In this document: piece after piece, positions 37,320-50,499 of the stretch
Position numbering within the stretch: the stretch's first letter is position 1
Layout of the letters: each line of letters opens with the position of its first letter
Source: Hemiscyllium ocellatum
Lineage: Eukaryota
Direction of reading: 5' to 3'
Assembly (NCBI RefSeq): GCF_020745735.1
Contig: NC_083412.1
Coordinates: 59,424,320 to 59,488,319, forward strand
Length of the DNA stretch: 64,000 bases
The notes under the pieces: generated by a model
Seen by the model: only the letters and a program-made list of their open reading frames with translations
Database searches by the model: none
What the model was told of the DNA's origin: nothing
Position numbers and translations under genes: made by a program

Positions 37320-40300
37320 AGGTAGGACTGAAAAATTAAACTGCATTTATTTCAATGCAAGAGGCTCAACAGGGAAGGCAGATGAACTCAGGGCATGGTT
37401 AAGAAAACGGGACTGGAATATCATAGCAATTACAGAAATGTGGTTCAGGGATGGACAGGACTGGCAGCTTAATGTCCCAATATACAAATGCTACAGAAGG
37501 GATAGAAAGGGGGAGCAAGAGAGGAGGGGGAGTGGTATTTTTGATAAGGGATAGCAATATTGCTGAACTTAGGATATTCTTTGGAGTACATTCAGCAAAC
37601 TTATTTGGGTGGAACTTAGAAATAAGAAAGGGATGATCACCTTATTGGGATTGTATTATAGAAACCCCCCATCCCCACCACTACCACCCCCTCCCCCAAT
37701 AGTTAGTGGGAAATTTAGAAACAAACTTGTAAGGCGATTTCAGTTATCTGTAAGAATAATAGGGTGGTTATGGCAGGGGATTTTAACTTTCCAAACATAG
37801 ACTGGGACTGCAATAGTGTTAAGGGTTTAGATGGAGAGGAATTTGTTAAGTGTCTACAAGAAAATTTTCTGATTCAGTATGTGAATATACTGACCAAAGA
37901 AGGTACAAAGCCTGACCTTCTCTTGGGAAATAAGGCAGGGCAGGTGACTGAGGTATTAGTGAGGGACCACTTTAGGGCCAGTGACCATAATTGTATTTGT
38001 TTTAAAATAGTGATAGAAAAGGATAGACCAGATCTAAAAGTTAATGTTTTAAATTGGAGGGAGGCTAATGTTTACAGTATTAGGCAAGACTCACCTGGAC
38101 TTGCCCTACCTGCCTGTCTCCTTTTCCACCTATCCACTCCACCCTCTCCTCCTTGACCCATCATCTTCATCCCCTCCCCCACTCACCCATTATGCTCTAT
38201 GCTACTTTCTCCCCACCCCCACCCTCCTCTAGCTTATCTCTCCATGCTTCAGGCTCACTGCCTTTATTCCTGATAAAGGGCTCTTGCCTGAAACATCGAT
38301 TTCGCTGCACTTTGGATGCTGCCTGAACTGTTGTGCTCTTCCAGCACCACTAATTCAGAATCCAAGACCATTCAAAAGCTGATCGGGGTAGATGTTCGCA
38401 GGTAAAGGGACAGCTGGAAAATGGGAAGCTTCCAATGAGATAACGAGAATCCAGAGACAGTATATTCCTGTTAGGGTGAAAGGAAAGGCTGGTAGGTGTA
38501 GGGAATGCTGGATGACTAATTGAGGTTTTAGTTGAGAAAAAGAAGGAAGCATATGTAAGGTATAGACAGGAGAGAGCAAGTGAATCCTTAGAAGAGTATA
38601 AAGATAATAGATGTACACTTGAGAGGGAACTCAGGAGAGCAAACACTGGACATCAGATAGCTTTGGCAAATAATGTTCAGGAAATTCCAAAAGGTTTTTA
38701 CGAATACATTAAGGACAAAATGGTAACAAGGGAGAGAATAGGGCCCCTCAAAGATCAGCAAGGCAGCCTAAATGTGGAGCCGCAGGAGATGGGGGAGATA
38801 CTAAAAGAGTATTTTACATCAGTGTTTACTGTGAAAAAAGACATGGAAGATATAGAATGTGGGGAAATAGATGATGACATCTTGGAAAATGTCCATATTA
38901 CAGAGGAGGACATACTGGATATCTTGAAATGCATAAAAGTGGATAAATCCCCAGGACCTGATTATTTGTACCCTGGAATTCTGTGGGAAGCCAGGGAAGT
39001 GATTGCTGGGCCCCTTGCTGAGATATCATTGGTAATCAGAGGTGAGGTGCCGTAAGACTGGAAGTTGGCTGATGTGATGCCACTATTTAAGAAAGGGGGT
39101 AAGGAAAAGCCGGTGAGCCTGACATTGGCGGTGGGCAGGTCATTGGAGAGAATCCTGAGGAACAGGATGTTCATGTATTTGGAAAGACAAGGACTGACTA
39201 GAGATAGTCAACATGCTTTCTGTGTGGGAAATCATGTCTCACAAACTTGATTGAGTTTTTTGAAGAAGTAACGAAGAGGATTGATGAGGGCAGAGGGGTG
39301 GATGTGATCTGTCTGGACTTCAATAAGGCATTCGGCAAGGTTTCTCATGGTAGACTGGTTAGCAAGGTTAGCTCTCATAGATCTTATAGCCATTTGGATA
39401 CGGAACTGGCTCGAAGGTAGAAGACAGAAGGTGGTAGTGGAGGGTTGCTTTTTAGACTAGAGACCTGTGACCAGCAGTGTGCCTAAAGCATTGGTGCTGG
39501 GTACACTACTTTCCATCATTTATATAAATGATTTGGAGTGAACATAGGAGGTATGGTTAGTAAGTTTGCAGATGACACCAAAATTGGAGGTGTAGTGGAG
39601 AGCAAAGAAGATTACCTCAGAGTACAACAGGATCTTGATCAGATGGGCCAATGTGCTGAGGAGTGGCAGATGGAGTTTAATTTAGATAAATGCGAGGTGC
39701 TGCATTTTGGAAAAGCAATTCAGAACAGTACTTATACACTTAATTTTAAGGTTCTAGGGAGTGTTGCTGAACAATGAGACCTTGGAGTTCAAGTTCATAG
39801 TTCCTTGAAAGTAGAGTTGCAGATAGATAGGATAGTGAGGAAGTCATTTGGTATGCTTTCCTTTATTGATCAGAGCATTGAATATAGGGGTTAGGAGATC
39901 ATATTGCGGCTGTACAGGACATTGGTTAGTCCACGTTTGGAATATTGCATGCAGTTCTGGTCTCCTTCCTATCGGTAAGATGTTGTGCACTTGAAAGGTT
40001 TCAGAAAAGATTTACAAGGATGTCGCCTGGGTTGGTGAGTTTGAGCTATAGGGAGAGGCTGAACAGGCTGGGGCTGTTTTCCTTGGAGCATCGGAAGCTG
40101 AGGGGTGACCGTATAGAGATGTATATAATCATGAGGGGCATGGATAGGGTAAATTGACAAGAATTTTTTCCTTGGGGTGGGTGAATCCAGAACTGGAGGA
40201 CATTGGTTCAGGGTGAGAGGGGAAAGAAACCTAAGGGGCAACCTTTTCACACCCTGAGGCGAGGTGATTGGGGTACATGTATGGAATGAGCTGCCAGAGG

Positions 40301-40480
40301 AAGTAGTGGTAGCTAGTACAATTACACTATTTAAAAGGCATCTGGACAGGTATATGAAGAGGAAGGCTTTAGAGGGTATGGGACATGTCCTGGCAAATGA
40401 GATTAGATTAATTTAGGATTTCTGGTCGGCATGCACGAGTTGGACCAAAGGATCTGTTTCTGTGCTGTACATCTCTATAT
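37320..40480 (+). mobile_element. Near full-length but decayed CR1 ORF2 (APE endonuclease, RT, 3' tail), interrupted at about 38085-38360
   Basis: LNCIYFNARG..KADELRAW, VMAGDFNFPNIDW, VDKSPGPD, VSKFADDTKIGG, and a CR1 tail at about 40470. Many stops and frameshifts. Confidence 0.93.
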
Positions 40481-40481
40481 G

Positions 40482-40790
40482 ACGGCACAGTGGTTAGCCC
40501 TGCTGCCTCACAACGCCAGAGACCCAGGGTCAATTCCCGCCTCAGACAACTGACTGTGTGGAGTTGGCACATTCTCCCCGTGTCTGCGTGGGTTTTCTCC
40601 AGGTGCTCCGGTTTCCTCCCACAGTCCAAAGATGTGTGGGTTAGGTGAATTGGCCATGCTAAATTGCCCATAGTGTTAGGTAATAGGTAAAATGTAGGGC
40701 TCTGGGTGGGTTGCGCTTCGGCAGGTCGGTGTGGACTTGTTGGACCGAAGGCCTGTTTCCACACTGTAAGTAATCTAATCTAATCTAGAA
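40482..40790 (+). mobile_element. HE1/V-SINE
   Basis: ggcacagtggttagccctgctgcctcaca ... taatctaatctaatc tail. Confidence 0.88.
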
Positions 40791-41339
40791 AATGACTCTG
40801 TATCCTCACTGTATGTGGATAAATCAAGTAATTTTGCCAAATACAAAACCCAAACCAACCATCTTGTAATCATTTGCATTGTCAAATTACTTCTTCAAAA
40901 CAGGTTAATGATTTTGGCCTGTCAAGATAGCTCTCTGCTGTATGGTGCTTATTGGTTTGCTGTCATTAGTTGCCTGCAGTACAGATGGAATGGTATTCAC
41001 TTGAATCAGGTTAGGACCAATGTCTTGGTTACCAGAATGACTAGGGCTGTCAAGAGGGCTTTACACAAATTAGAGGGAGAGAGAGATTGGGAGTGGGGAA
41101 ACATAAGATTACAAAGCAAAATGATATAGCTGTCTTCCAGGACAGCTATTTGGATAACAATACCCACAGTGGGACAGAAAGGGACAGAGTATACAAACAT
41201 AGAAATACAGCAGTAAATAGGGTAATAAGTGGAAAATGGGTAAAAAGATAAAATTAATGGCTCTTTTGCTTGAATTCACATAGCATTCAGAACAAAATAA
41301 ATGAAATAACATCACATATACAGGTTAATGGTTATGATC

Positions 41340-41715
41340 TTTTGGATGTAGGTTTGCTCGCTGAGCTGAAAGGTTCATTTCCAGACGTTTCGTTCCCTTA
41401 CTAGGTAACACCTTCAGTGGACCTTATGCAAAGCAATGCTGAAAATTCTTGCTTTCTATTTACATGTTTGGGTTTCTTTGGGTTGGTGATGTCATTTCCT
41501 GTGGTGATGTTATTTCCTGTGGTGAAGTCACTTCTTGTTCCTTTTCTCAGGGGATGGTAGATGGGGTCTAACTTGATGTGTTTGTTGATAGAGCTCTGAT
41601 TGGAATACCATGCTTCTAGGAATTCTCGTGCATGTCTTTGTTTGGCTTGTCCTAGGATGGATGTATTGTCCCAGTCAAAGTGGTGTCCTTCTTCATCCGT
41701 ATGCAAGGATACTAG
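41340..41715 (-). mobile_element. Penelope 3' fragment
   Basis: HHFDWDNTSILGQAKQRHAREFLEAW. Confidence 0.9.
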
Positions 41716-42984
41716 AGGGTATGAGCTGTTTGCCATTATCGAGACATCTTTACAAGGAGATCAAAACTGTGAACTAGATATTCAGGGATGCATGAATTTT
41801 CAAAAGCATAAGCATGAAGGAAACAGTATTGAGGCAGCATTGTTGAAGAAAGGGATAAGTATGACAGGGAGACACAATCCTGTATGGGAAGATGTAGAAT
41901 CCATTTGGGTGGCAATAAGAAATACAAATGGGGTGATAAGGGCACCATAGACCCAGCAGGCCATAGGACAGACAGGTTGAGAAGGAGAGTCCATCACAGT
42001 AACCTCAGCTAGTGCAGGAATTTAACTCACACACATCCAGATCACTAGTTGTCCAGCTAATTGAGCTAACCAAATCCCAGCAAAAAGGAGGAAGAAGAAT
42101 ATGGTAGAAGTAGTCTGCATGTGCCTGTTTAAGAGCAACTAAACAGTGGGAGAGGAAATAAATCAGAAGATACGAAAACACATAAGAAAGCAGCATCTTA
42201 ATCATGGGTGACTTCAATCTTCACATACATATGAATTGTCAGATAGGCAGAGATAGCCACGAGGAAGAATTTATAGTGTGTATTCTGGACAGTCCTCTAA
42301 AATAATATGTTGTGTATTCAATTGGTGATGTATAATGAGGCTAATAAATGATATCAGAGTAAAAGCTGCCAGAAACAGTGAAGCATGGTAGAATTCAGCA
42401 TTCAGTTTGAGAGGGAGGAACATGGGTCAGAAACAACTGCACTGAGCTTAAATGAAGGCAATTACAAAGGAATAAAGGCAGAGCATGGCTGCAGTGTAGT
42501 GGGAAAAGAGTTTAGCAGCAAAGACAAATGAGGAACATGGGCAGATATACAATAAAAGAGTTCATGGCTTACAGCAAAGACAAACCTCAGTGAGCAAGAA
42601 GGAATCTAGGAGGGGGTAAGTTAACCTGAGAAGTTAAGAATAGCATCAAATTGAAGTAAATGGTGAAGATTAGTGGCAGGCCAAAGGATTGGGAAAGTTT
42701 TAAAAACCAACAAAAGAATTCTAAAAAGATGCTAAACATGGAGAAAATAGATTTTGAGGGGAAACTTTCAGCTAGACAAATAGCAAAAGGTTTATTAAAT
42801 GTATGTAAAGTAATAGAGAAGTCAAAGTGAACATTGGCCCCTTTGAGACTGAAGCTGTGAAAATAATCATCTTTGAATTTCTACAGTGTGGAGGCAGGCC
42901 ATTCAGCCCATTGAGTTCACCCCCACCCTCCAAATACCAACTCATCCAGACCCAGCCCATCCCTCTAACCCTGCATTTTCCATG

Positions 42985-43210
42985 GCTAATCCATCTAATC
43001 TATACATCCCTGAACATGATGGCCAATTTAGCATGGCCAATCAACCTAACATGCATATCATTGGACTTGGGGAGGAAATCAGTGCACCCAGAAGAAACCC
43101 AAGCAGGCACAAGGAGAATGTGCAGACTCCACACAGACAGTTGTCTGAGGGTGAAACTAAACCTGGGTCCTTGGCACTATGAGGCAGCAGTGCTAACCAC
43201 AGAGCCATCG
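42985..43210 (-). mobile_element. HE1/V-SINE
   Basis: Reverse complement of the SINE consensus. Confidence 0.8.
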
Positions 43211-44954
43211 CGGGGCCCAAAGGGGAATAAGAAATTGACACAGGAGTTAACACTTTGAATCAATCTTCAATTTGGAAGACAGTATTTGTTTTCCAAAATT
43301 ATTAAATATTCAAGGGGCAAAAGAAAGAGAGGAAATAAATATAATAGTTATTACTAAGGAACTAAAGTGTGATAAATCCCCAGAAACAGATGGGATGCAC
43401 TGATGGGATAAGATAGTAAAGGAAAGAGCTATAGAGGTAGGGGATGCACTAGTCATAATCTTCCAGGAATTCTTAGATTCTTTAAAATCCCAGAGTACTG
43501 GAAAACTGCCAACATGACACTTTTATTTAAGCAGGGAAGGTAGCTAGAAAAAAGGTAGCTGGAGGCCAGTTAAATTCATGTCTATTATTGGGGAAATGTA
43601 ATGAAGAATGTAATAAGAAAGTATTTAGAAATATGTCGAGTAAAAAATGAGGTCTGCAGATGCTGGAGATTGTAACATCATCAAGCAGAGTCATCAGGGC
43701 TTCATGAGGGAAAATCCATCCCTGACAAATTTACTTGAATTGTTTGATGAGATAACAAGCCTGTTAGATAAAGGGGGAAGCAATGCATGTAATGTATTTA
43801 GATTTTCAGAAGAAGTTTGATAAAGTACCAAACATTTGGCTACTTCATAAGAGCCCATGGTGTTGGAGGTAGTACATTAACATGGATACAAGGCTGAGAA
43901 TTGGCAGAAAGTGAAGTCATTTTCAAGGTGGCAACCTGTGATTGATGGTGTGCCACACGGATCATTACTGCAGTCACAATTATTTACAATATGTAATAAT
44001 GATTTGGATGAGATAAGTGAATGTTTGATAGTCAAGTTTGTGCATGACACAAAAGAAAGTGGGAAGGAAGTGTTGTGGGTACTTGTGAGTTTTAAGAAAG
44101 CATTTGAAAAGTGACAACACATTAGGCTACCTAATATAGTGTTCACGTAAGCATGTTAGTAATATATTATAGAAAGAGAACTGACTAATAGAAGACAAAA
44201 ATTTGTGATAAGAAGGTCCTTAACCTGTAACTAGTGGATTGCCATGGGATTAGTGATGGAGCCACATGTCATTACAAAATATATTAATGACCTGGATGAG
44301 AAGTGAATGCACTTTAGCCAAATTTGTGGATGTCACAAAAATAAATGGAAAGACAAGTGGTGAGCCTGAGACAAAAAGTCTACAGAGGGATATGGACAGG
44401 CTAGGCCAAAGGGAAAAGTTGGCACATGGAAAATAAAGTGGAAAAATATGAGGTTATGCACATTATCAGGAAGCTGAACATTATTCACATGTAAAAACTA
44501 CAGAACAGGGGAAAGAAAGGACACTGGACGCCAAACTCTGATTTCTCTCCACAGCTGGTGCTAGACCTGCTGAGATGTCCCAGCAATTTCTGTTTTGTTT
44601 CAGATTTCCAGCATTCGGAGTTCTTTAAGTTTTTTTTGTTGAGAGATATACTGGCACTGCAGGCAGTGGAGAGAAGGTTCACTGAATTTATGCTGCTTAT
44701 TAGCTTATGCTGCTAATTAGGCCAAGGCTGTACTTATTTGAATATTGAAGAATGGAAAGATGTAAGGTTCTTAGAGGACTTGACATAGTAGATGTGTTTT
44801 GCCTTGTGGAAGATCTAGGACCCCAGAGGATAATCTCCGAATGGGGAGGGGGGCAGGGGGGCCTTTCTCCTCTCAGAGGATCGTGAATCTGTGGAATTCT
44901 TTACTGCAGGGAGCTGTTGAGGTTGGGTTGTTAAAGATATTCAAAATGAGATGG

Positions 44955-46430
44955 ACAGATTTTTAATCAGCATGGGAATCATAGGATGATGGGGAAAAGG
45001 TAGAAAAATGGAGTTGAGGGTTATCTGATCAGGTATGTTCTCATTGAATGATGCCACAAACCCTCATTGGGCTGAATGGTCGATTTCAGCTCCTATGTTC
45101 CTTTGAATCGATTTCATATCGCTAGACATTTTGTGCGATACCAAAGTGGGAGAAACAAGTGCTAAGATAATGGACAGATGGCAGTGGGGTTTTCCGGCTG
45201 CTGGACTCACACATGAACTTTTTTTTTCCTTTCAATGTACGTGTGACTGAGAATGTAAATGAAACAGCAAATGGTGGTAACATGCAGCGACGCAGCATTT
45301 GTTTCGGTTCTGCTTCTGTTTCCGCAGGAGCGCCCTTACTCTTAGTCACCATCTAAGTAGGAATACATTTCATGTCCTTTATGTTTCTGATCAACAACGC
45401 TTTTGGAATAAACTCTGCGCCTGCCATAGAGTGAGATCTCACTTACATTTATTTATCACACAAACCTCATCATAAATCCAATACTGAGCGACCCGTCGCA
45501 AAATTTAAAATTGGATTCGCGCTTAGTCTGGTCGTTATTTCTAACCTGTAAATGATACTTCTGCCCGGATACAAGTGACGAGAGGGAAAGTGGCCTTTCA
45601 ATAGGAGATTACACCCAGTTCTGGGCGGAGTACAGAGCTGGTTGTGTTCCTGTTTGAACAGACGTGGGAATCATAGTTTCGCATTAAAATTGAATAAAAT
45701 TGAGACATAATGTAAGTTATACTGAACGTTTCTTGTCGATAGATTGTTTTAAAATAACGTTAAGTGTAGATGAATATTAAAATGTTCTGTTGATTGATGA
45801 TGAACACGTCCTTCAAGCAGACCTTTTGAGAATGAGTGTTAACGTTCTGGGTAGAGTACTATCGATATCAAAAGAGCAAATTAGTGTTTATGAACTTCAT
45901 TGTGATGGTAAGAAATGCGTTACAGTTATTTAATAAATGAAAAATATTTCATAGAAGTGTATCGAAGGAATTTTAGAAACGACAGCATGTAACCAGACCT
46001 ATCAGCCCATGAACGCGTGTTGCTATCTCTTAACCCTTTGTTTAGCAGTGCTACGGCACCGCGAAGTGATCCTCACATCCCTGTACAGGACTGAAACCTG
46101 GACCGTCTGGTCCACAGAGAGGGTCACTGCCTTTGCTCCACAAAGTATCTCTCATTTATGTTGGACAGGCACAGGAGCGTTAACCCATGCATGACCTGTT
46201 TTTGTCGACCCCTGGTAATCTGAAGGTCGCCATCATACTCCGGATATATAAACTCCTTGATTTCCCACAATACAGCAACTTCGGCTAGCCCAGTGCTTTG
46301 AGACAGAGAGTTTACAATTCTGAAAGGAGTCGTACTTGCAAATCTTTGTCTTTAACAAACTCGATCAGGTCATTGCTCAAATTCCTATTGCTGGAGAAAT
46401 TAGCCCCATATTGCACTGTTTTCCAATCAT
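44955..46430 (+). repeat. Local duplication, copy 1 (promoter-like unit flanked by old CR1 3' ends)
   Basis: Colinear with about 48620-50350. Core 45541-45946 matches 49475-49880 at an offset of 3934. Confidence 0.9.
45186..45713 (+). promoter_or_regulatory. Candidate promoter and non-coding first exon, copy 1
   Basis: NF-kB GGGGTTTTCC 45186-95; degenerate ISRE GTTTCGGTTCTG about 45301; GC box GGGCGGAG 45623-30; TGGGAATCATAGT 45665-77 (reverse complement fits ACTAYRNNNCCCR, the ZNF143/THAP11 motif); donor AT|GTAAGT 45712. CpGs are retained. Confidence 0.55.
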
Positions 46431-46439
46431 TTTTGAGTA

Positions 46440-48610
46440 GTGGAGCCGAAGAGCCTGGTGGGGGATGAGGGGCACGTGGTTTTACAGACAAAGCTTTGGA
46501 AGAATATTGGGAAAGTGAACCAATTTAAAATGAGGAATTAAGAGGACTAAAAGGGGTCATGAAATATCTTTTGCAAACAGGGTTAAGGAAAATCCCAAAG
46601 CCTTTTATTCATATATAACAAGCAAGAACATAACTAGAGATAGGGTTGGCCCACACAAGGACAAAGGAGGAAAGTTATGTATGAAGTCAGAGAAAATGGG
46701 TGAGATTCTTAATAAGTACTTTGCATCAGTATGACATGATGGATGTTGAGGTTAGGGATAGATCTTTGATTACTCAATGTCATATCGGCAAAAGAAGGGA
46801 GGAAGTCCCCAGTTCTGGATGGGATCTATCCCAGGTTACTGAAGGAAGCAAGAGAGGAAATAGCTGGGGCCTTAACAGATATCTTTGCAGCATCCTTGAA
46901 CATGGCTGAGGTTCCGTAGAACTAGAGACCTGCGAATGTTATTCCCTTCTTTAAGAAGGATAGCAGGGATAAACCAGGTAATTATAGACTGGTGAGCCTG
47001 ATGTCAGTGGTAGGGAAGCTGCTAGAGAAGATACTGGAGGATAGGATCTATATACATTTGGAAGAAAATGGGCTAATCAGTGATAGATAGCACAGTTTTA
47101 TGCAGGGATGGTCATGTCTTACCAACTTAATAGAATTCTTTGAGGAAATGACAAAGTTGATTGATGAGGGAGGGCTGTAGATTTCATATACATGGACTTC
47201 AGTAAGTCATTTGATAAGGTTCGCTCTGGTAGGCTAATGGAGAAAGTGAGGTTGCATGGGGTCCAGGGTGTACTAGCTAGATGGATAGAGAACTGGCCGG
47301 GCAACAGGAGGCAGATAGAAGTGAAAGGGAATTTCTCAAAATGGAGAACTGAGACCAGCAGTGTTTCACAGGGATCTGGGTTGGGACCAGTGTTGTTTGT
47401 GATATACATAAATGACCTGGAGGAAGCCTAACATGAGGAACCTTATAAAATACCTTTCAAGAGGGTGCAGAGGGCATATGTAATGAAGTGAGGTTGAGGA
47501 GATAGGGCTTTTCTCATTCGAATAAAGAAAAATGAGAGGTGACTTGATAGAGGTTTACAAGTGATGAGACGCACAGATAGAGTGGATAGCCAGAGACATT
47601 TTCCCAGAGCGGAAATGGCTTTTAGGAGGGTGCGAAAAATTTTCTATTTTGTGATTTTTGAGCAGATTTGTAGTTCAGGTTGAGGTTCAAGTTGTAAACT
47701 TGCTTGCTGAGCTGGAAAGTTTGTTTTCAGATGTTTTGTTACCATGCTACATAACATCAACAGTGAGCCTCTGGCGAAGCACTGGTGTTCTGACCCGCTT
47801 TCTATTTGTGTGTCTTGGTCTGTTCTTGTGGATGATATCATTTCTGGTTCTTTTCCTCAGAGGTTGGTAAATGGGGACCAAATCAATGTGTTTATTGATG
47901 GAGTTCCGGTTTGAATAGCAGGCCTCTACGAATTCCCGTGCGTGTCTTTGTTTAACCTGTCCAAGGATGGATGTATTGTCCCAGTCAAAATGGTGTCCTT
48001 CTTTGTATATGTGTAAGGATACTAGTGATAGTTGGTCATGTCTTTTGGCATCTTGGTAGCCCACAAACCTACCAAAACACTGAAACAGCTATTAAAGGAC
48101 CCGTATCAACAGCCAGCAAAATGAATGTCATTTACAAAATACCCTGCAAGGATTGCAACAAACACTACATTGGACAGATGGGCAGGAAACTAGCCACCAG
48201 GATACACAAACACCAACTAGCTTCCAAAAGACATGATTAAGTATCCATACACACAGACGAAGTAGGACACCATCGGAGCATGGTGACAATGTCTGAGAAC
48301 AAACCTTCCAGCTCAGTGAGCAAACTTACAAACATAATTTTAATGTGATTGTAGAAAGGTTTAGGTAAGATATCAGAGATAGGTTCTTTACACAGAGAGT
48401 AGTGGGTGCGTGGAATGCACTGTCATCAGTGGTAGTAGAGTCAGATACATTGGGCACATTTAAGCAACTCTTGGATAGGCATATTAATGATTGTACAACT
48501 AAGGGTATGTAGGTTAGTTTGATCTTCAAGTAAGATGAAAGGTCAGCATAACATTGAGAGCTGAAGGGCCTGCAGTTTGCTGTACTGTTCTCTGTTCTAT
48601 ACCTAATGCT
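46440..48610 (+). mobile_element. CR1 LINE lying between the two duplicated promoter units, with a nested Penelope fragment
   Basis: MDFSKSFDKV, SVSQGSGLGPVLFVIYINDLE; 3' end resumes at about 48340. Confidence 0.85.
47660..48330. mobile_element. Penelope fragment with inverted arms (- arm about 47660-48060, + arm about 48060-48330)
   Basis: GHHFDWDNTSILGQVKQRHAREF (-) and KIPCKDCNKHYIGQMGRKLATR (+). Confidence 0.85.
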
Positions 48611-48619
48611 GATATGGAC

Positions 48620-50350
48620 AGAATTTTTAATCAAGAGGAAAGCATAGGATTATGGGGAAAAGGTAGGAAAATGGAATTGAGAGTTATCCGATCAGATCTG
48701 AGCTCATTGAATGATGCCACATGCCCTCAATGGATTGAATGGTCTTTCGACTTCTATGTCAACTGGTTTTGTGGTATACAGTATTCATGAAATCCTCAAA
48801 TTTGCTCCTTTGAATCGATATCCTATCATTTGCCATTTTGTGCGATAACAGTGGGAGAAACAAATGCTAAAGTAATGGACAGATGTGGAAAATCTGTTAA
48901 CATTGGATTGAAGGAAATAATTGTAGGGAATGGGGTTTTCCGGCATCACGCAGGAACCTTTCTCCTTTCGATGTGTGTGTTCTAATTTGAGCAAAAACTC
49001 AAATACTGAGGATGTCATAATTTTGAAATAAAACAGCAAATGGTGGTAACAGACTTAGCGCTTGTTTCGGTTTCGTTTCTCTTTCTAGAAGTACGCAGTT
49101 TTTAATTCGCTCTTGCACTTGGTCACCATCTATTTACAAGTGCAAAATCACATGACATCAGGTTACAGTCCAACGGGTTTATTTGAAAACACTAGTTTAA
49201 GGAACAGCGCTCCTAAAGCTAATGTTTTCAAATAAACCTGTTGGACTGTAACCTGTGTGGTGTGATCTTTGACCTTGTCCGCCCCAGCCCAACACCGATA
49301 CCTCCATATCATATTGAAAAGTAAGAATACATTTCACATCCTGTATGTATTTGATCACTAGCGCGCTTGGAATAAACACAGTGCCTGACATGCAGTAGGA
49401 ACTCTCACACGTTTATTTATCACACTGACCTCATCATTATTCCAATTCTGAGCTGAAGATCGGGTTCGGTATTGCTAACCTGTAAATGATACTTCTGCCC
49501 AGATACAGGTGACGGGAGGGAAAGTGGCCTTTCAATAGGAGATTACACCCAGTTCTGGGCGGAGTACAGAGCTGGTTGTGTTCCTGTTTTGACAGACGTG
49601 GGAATCATAGTTTCGCATTAAAATTGAATAAAATTGAGACATAATGTAAGTTATACTGAACGTTTCTTGTCGATAGATTGTTTTAAAATAACGTTAAGTG
49701 TAGATGAATATTAAAATGTTCTGTTGATTGATGATGAACACGTCCTTCAAGCAGACCTTTTGAGAATGAGTGTTAACGTTCTGGGTAGAGTACTATCGAT
49801 ATCAAAAGAGCAAATTAGTGTTTATGAACTTCATTGTGATGGTAAGAAATGCGTTACAGTTATTTTATAAATGAAAAATACTTCATGGCAGTGTATCGAA
49901 GGACTTTTGGAAACTACAATATGGAATCAGGCCAATCGGCCGAAATGCATGTTTCTATCTCTTAAACCTTCCTGTTGGGTGTGTTCGGACAGCCGAAAGT
50001 GGTCATCACATCCCATATGGGACTTTAACCTGGACCCTCTGGTGCAGAGATAGGGTCACTGCCTCTGCTCCATAAAACTCTCATATGGCCATATTGACAT
50101 TGGACAGGTACAGAAGCTTGAACCCGTGTATGACCTGTTTTTGTGGATCCCTGGTAATCTCAAGGCCTCCATCAAACTCCTGGGTTTTCCACAATACAAC
50201 AACTGCTTTTGTCTGTGTCCTTTGGGACAGAGAGTGTATAATTCTGAAAGTTGCCATACCTACAAGTCTTTGTTTTTAACCAGCTCTATCAGATCACTCC
50301 TCAACTCCTATCGCTAGAGAAATGGGCCCTATATTGTACTTTTTTACAAC
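48620..50350 (+). repeat. Local duplication, copy 2 (with an extra Penelope-type pLTR insert at about 49145-49320)
   Basis: Same motif order as copy 1. The insert aaaatcacatgacatcagg...cctccatatcat is absent from copy 1. Confidence 0.9.
48932..49647 (+). promoter_or_regulatory. Candidate promoter and non-coding first exon, copy 2
   Basis: NF-kB GGGGTTTTCC 48932-41; strong ISRE GTTTCGGTTTCGTTTCTCTTTC 49064-85; GC box about 49557-64; ZNF143-type motif 49599-49611; donor GTAAGT 49646. Confidence 0.6.
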
Positions 50351-50499
50351 AGGTTATGAACAGTGTGGCCTAAGAGTGGTGGTTAGGGATGGGCTGTGCA
50401 TGTGATTCTGTAATAAGCAAAGGCAAGGAGCAGTTTTTTTTAGAAAAAGGGGATATTTGATATTAGTGATACATTTTTTCTGACCAACTCTAATTGCCC

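Larger units (their letters stand above)
41260..44950 (+). mobile_element. Older CR1 ORF2 remnant with nested Penelope fragment and SINE
   Basis: Endonuclease remnants (ELFAIIETSLQGDQ, LIMGDFNL), KSPETDG, KSFSRWQPVIDGVPHGSLL. Confidence 0.75.

Noticed and set aside
36208-37554. Long Pro-rich ORFs (267, 229 and 168 aa)
   Set aside because: They are off-frame and fused readings of a Penelope element and the adjoining CR1 endonuclease.
45790-45860. C/D snoRNA (ATGATGA box) in the duplicated core
   Set aside because: No suitably placed CTGA D box or terminal stem.
45960-46430. Novel coding exon in the duplicated flank
   Set aside because: Stops in all frames; the - strand resembles a very old CR1 3' end.
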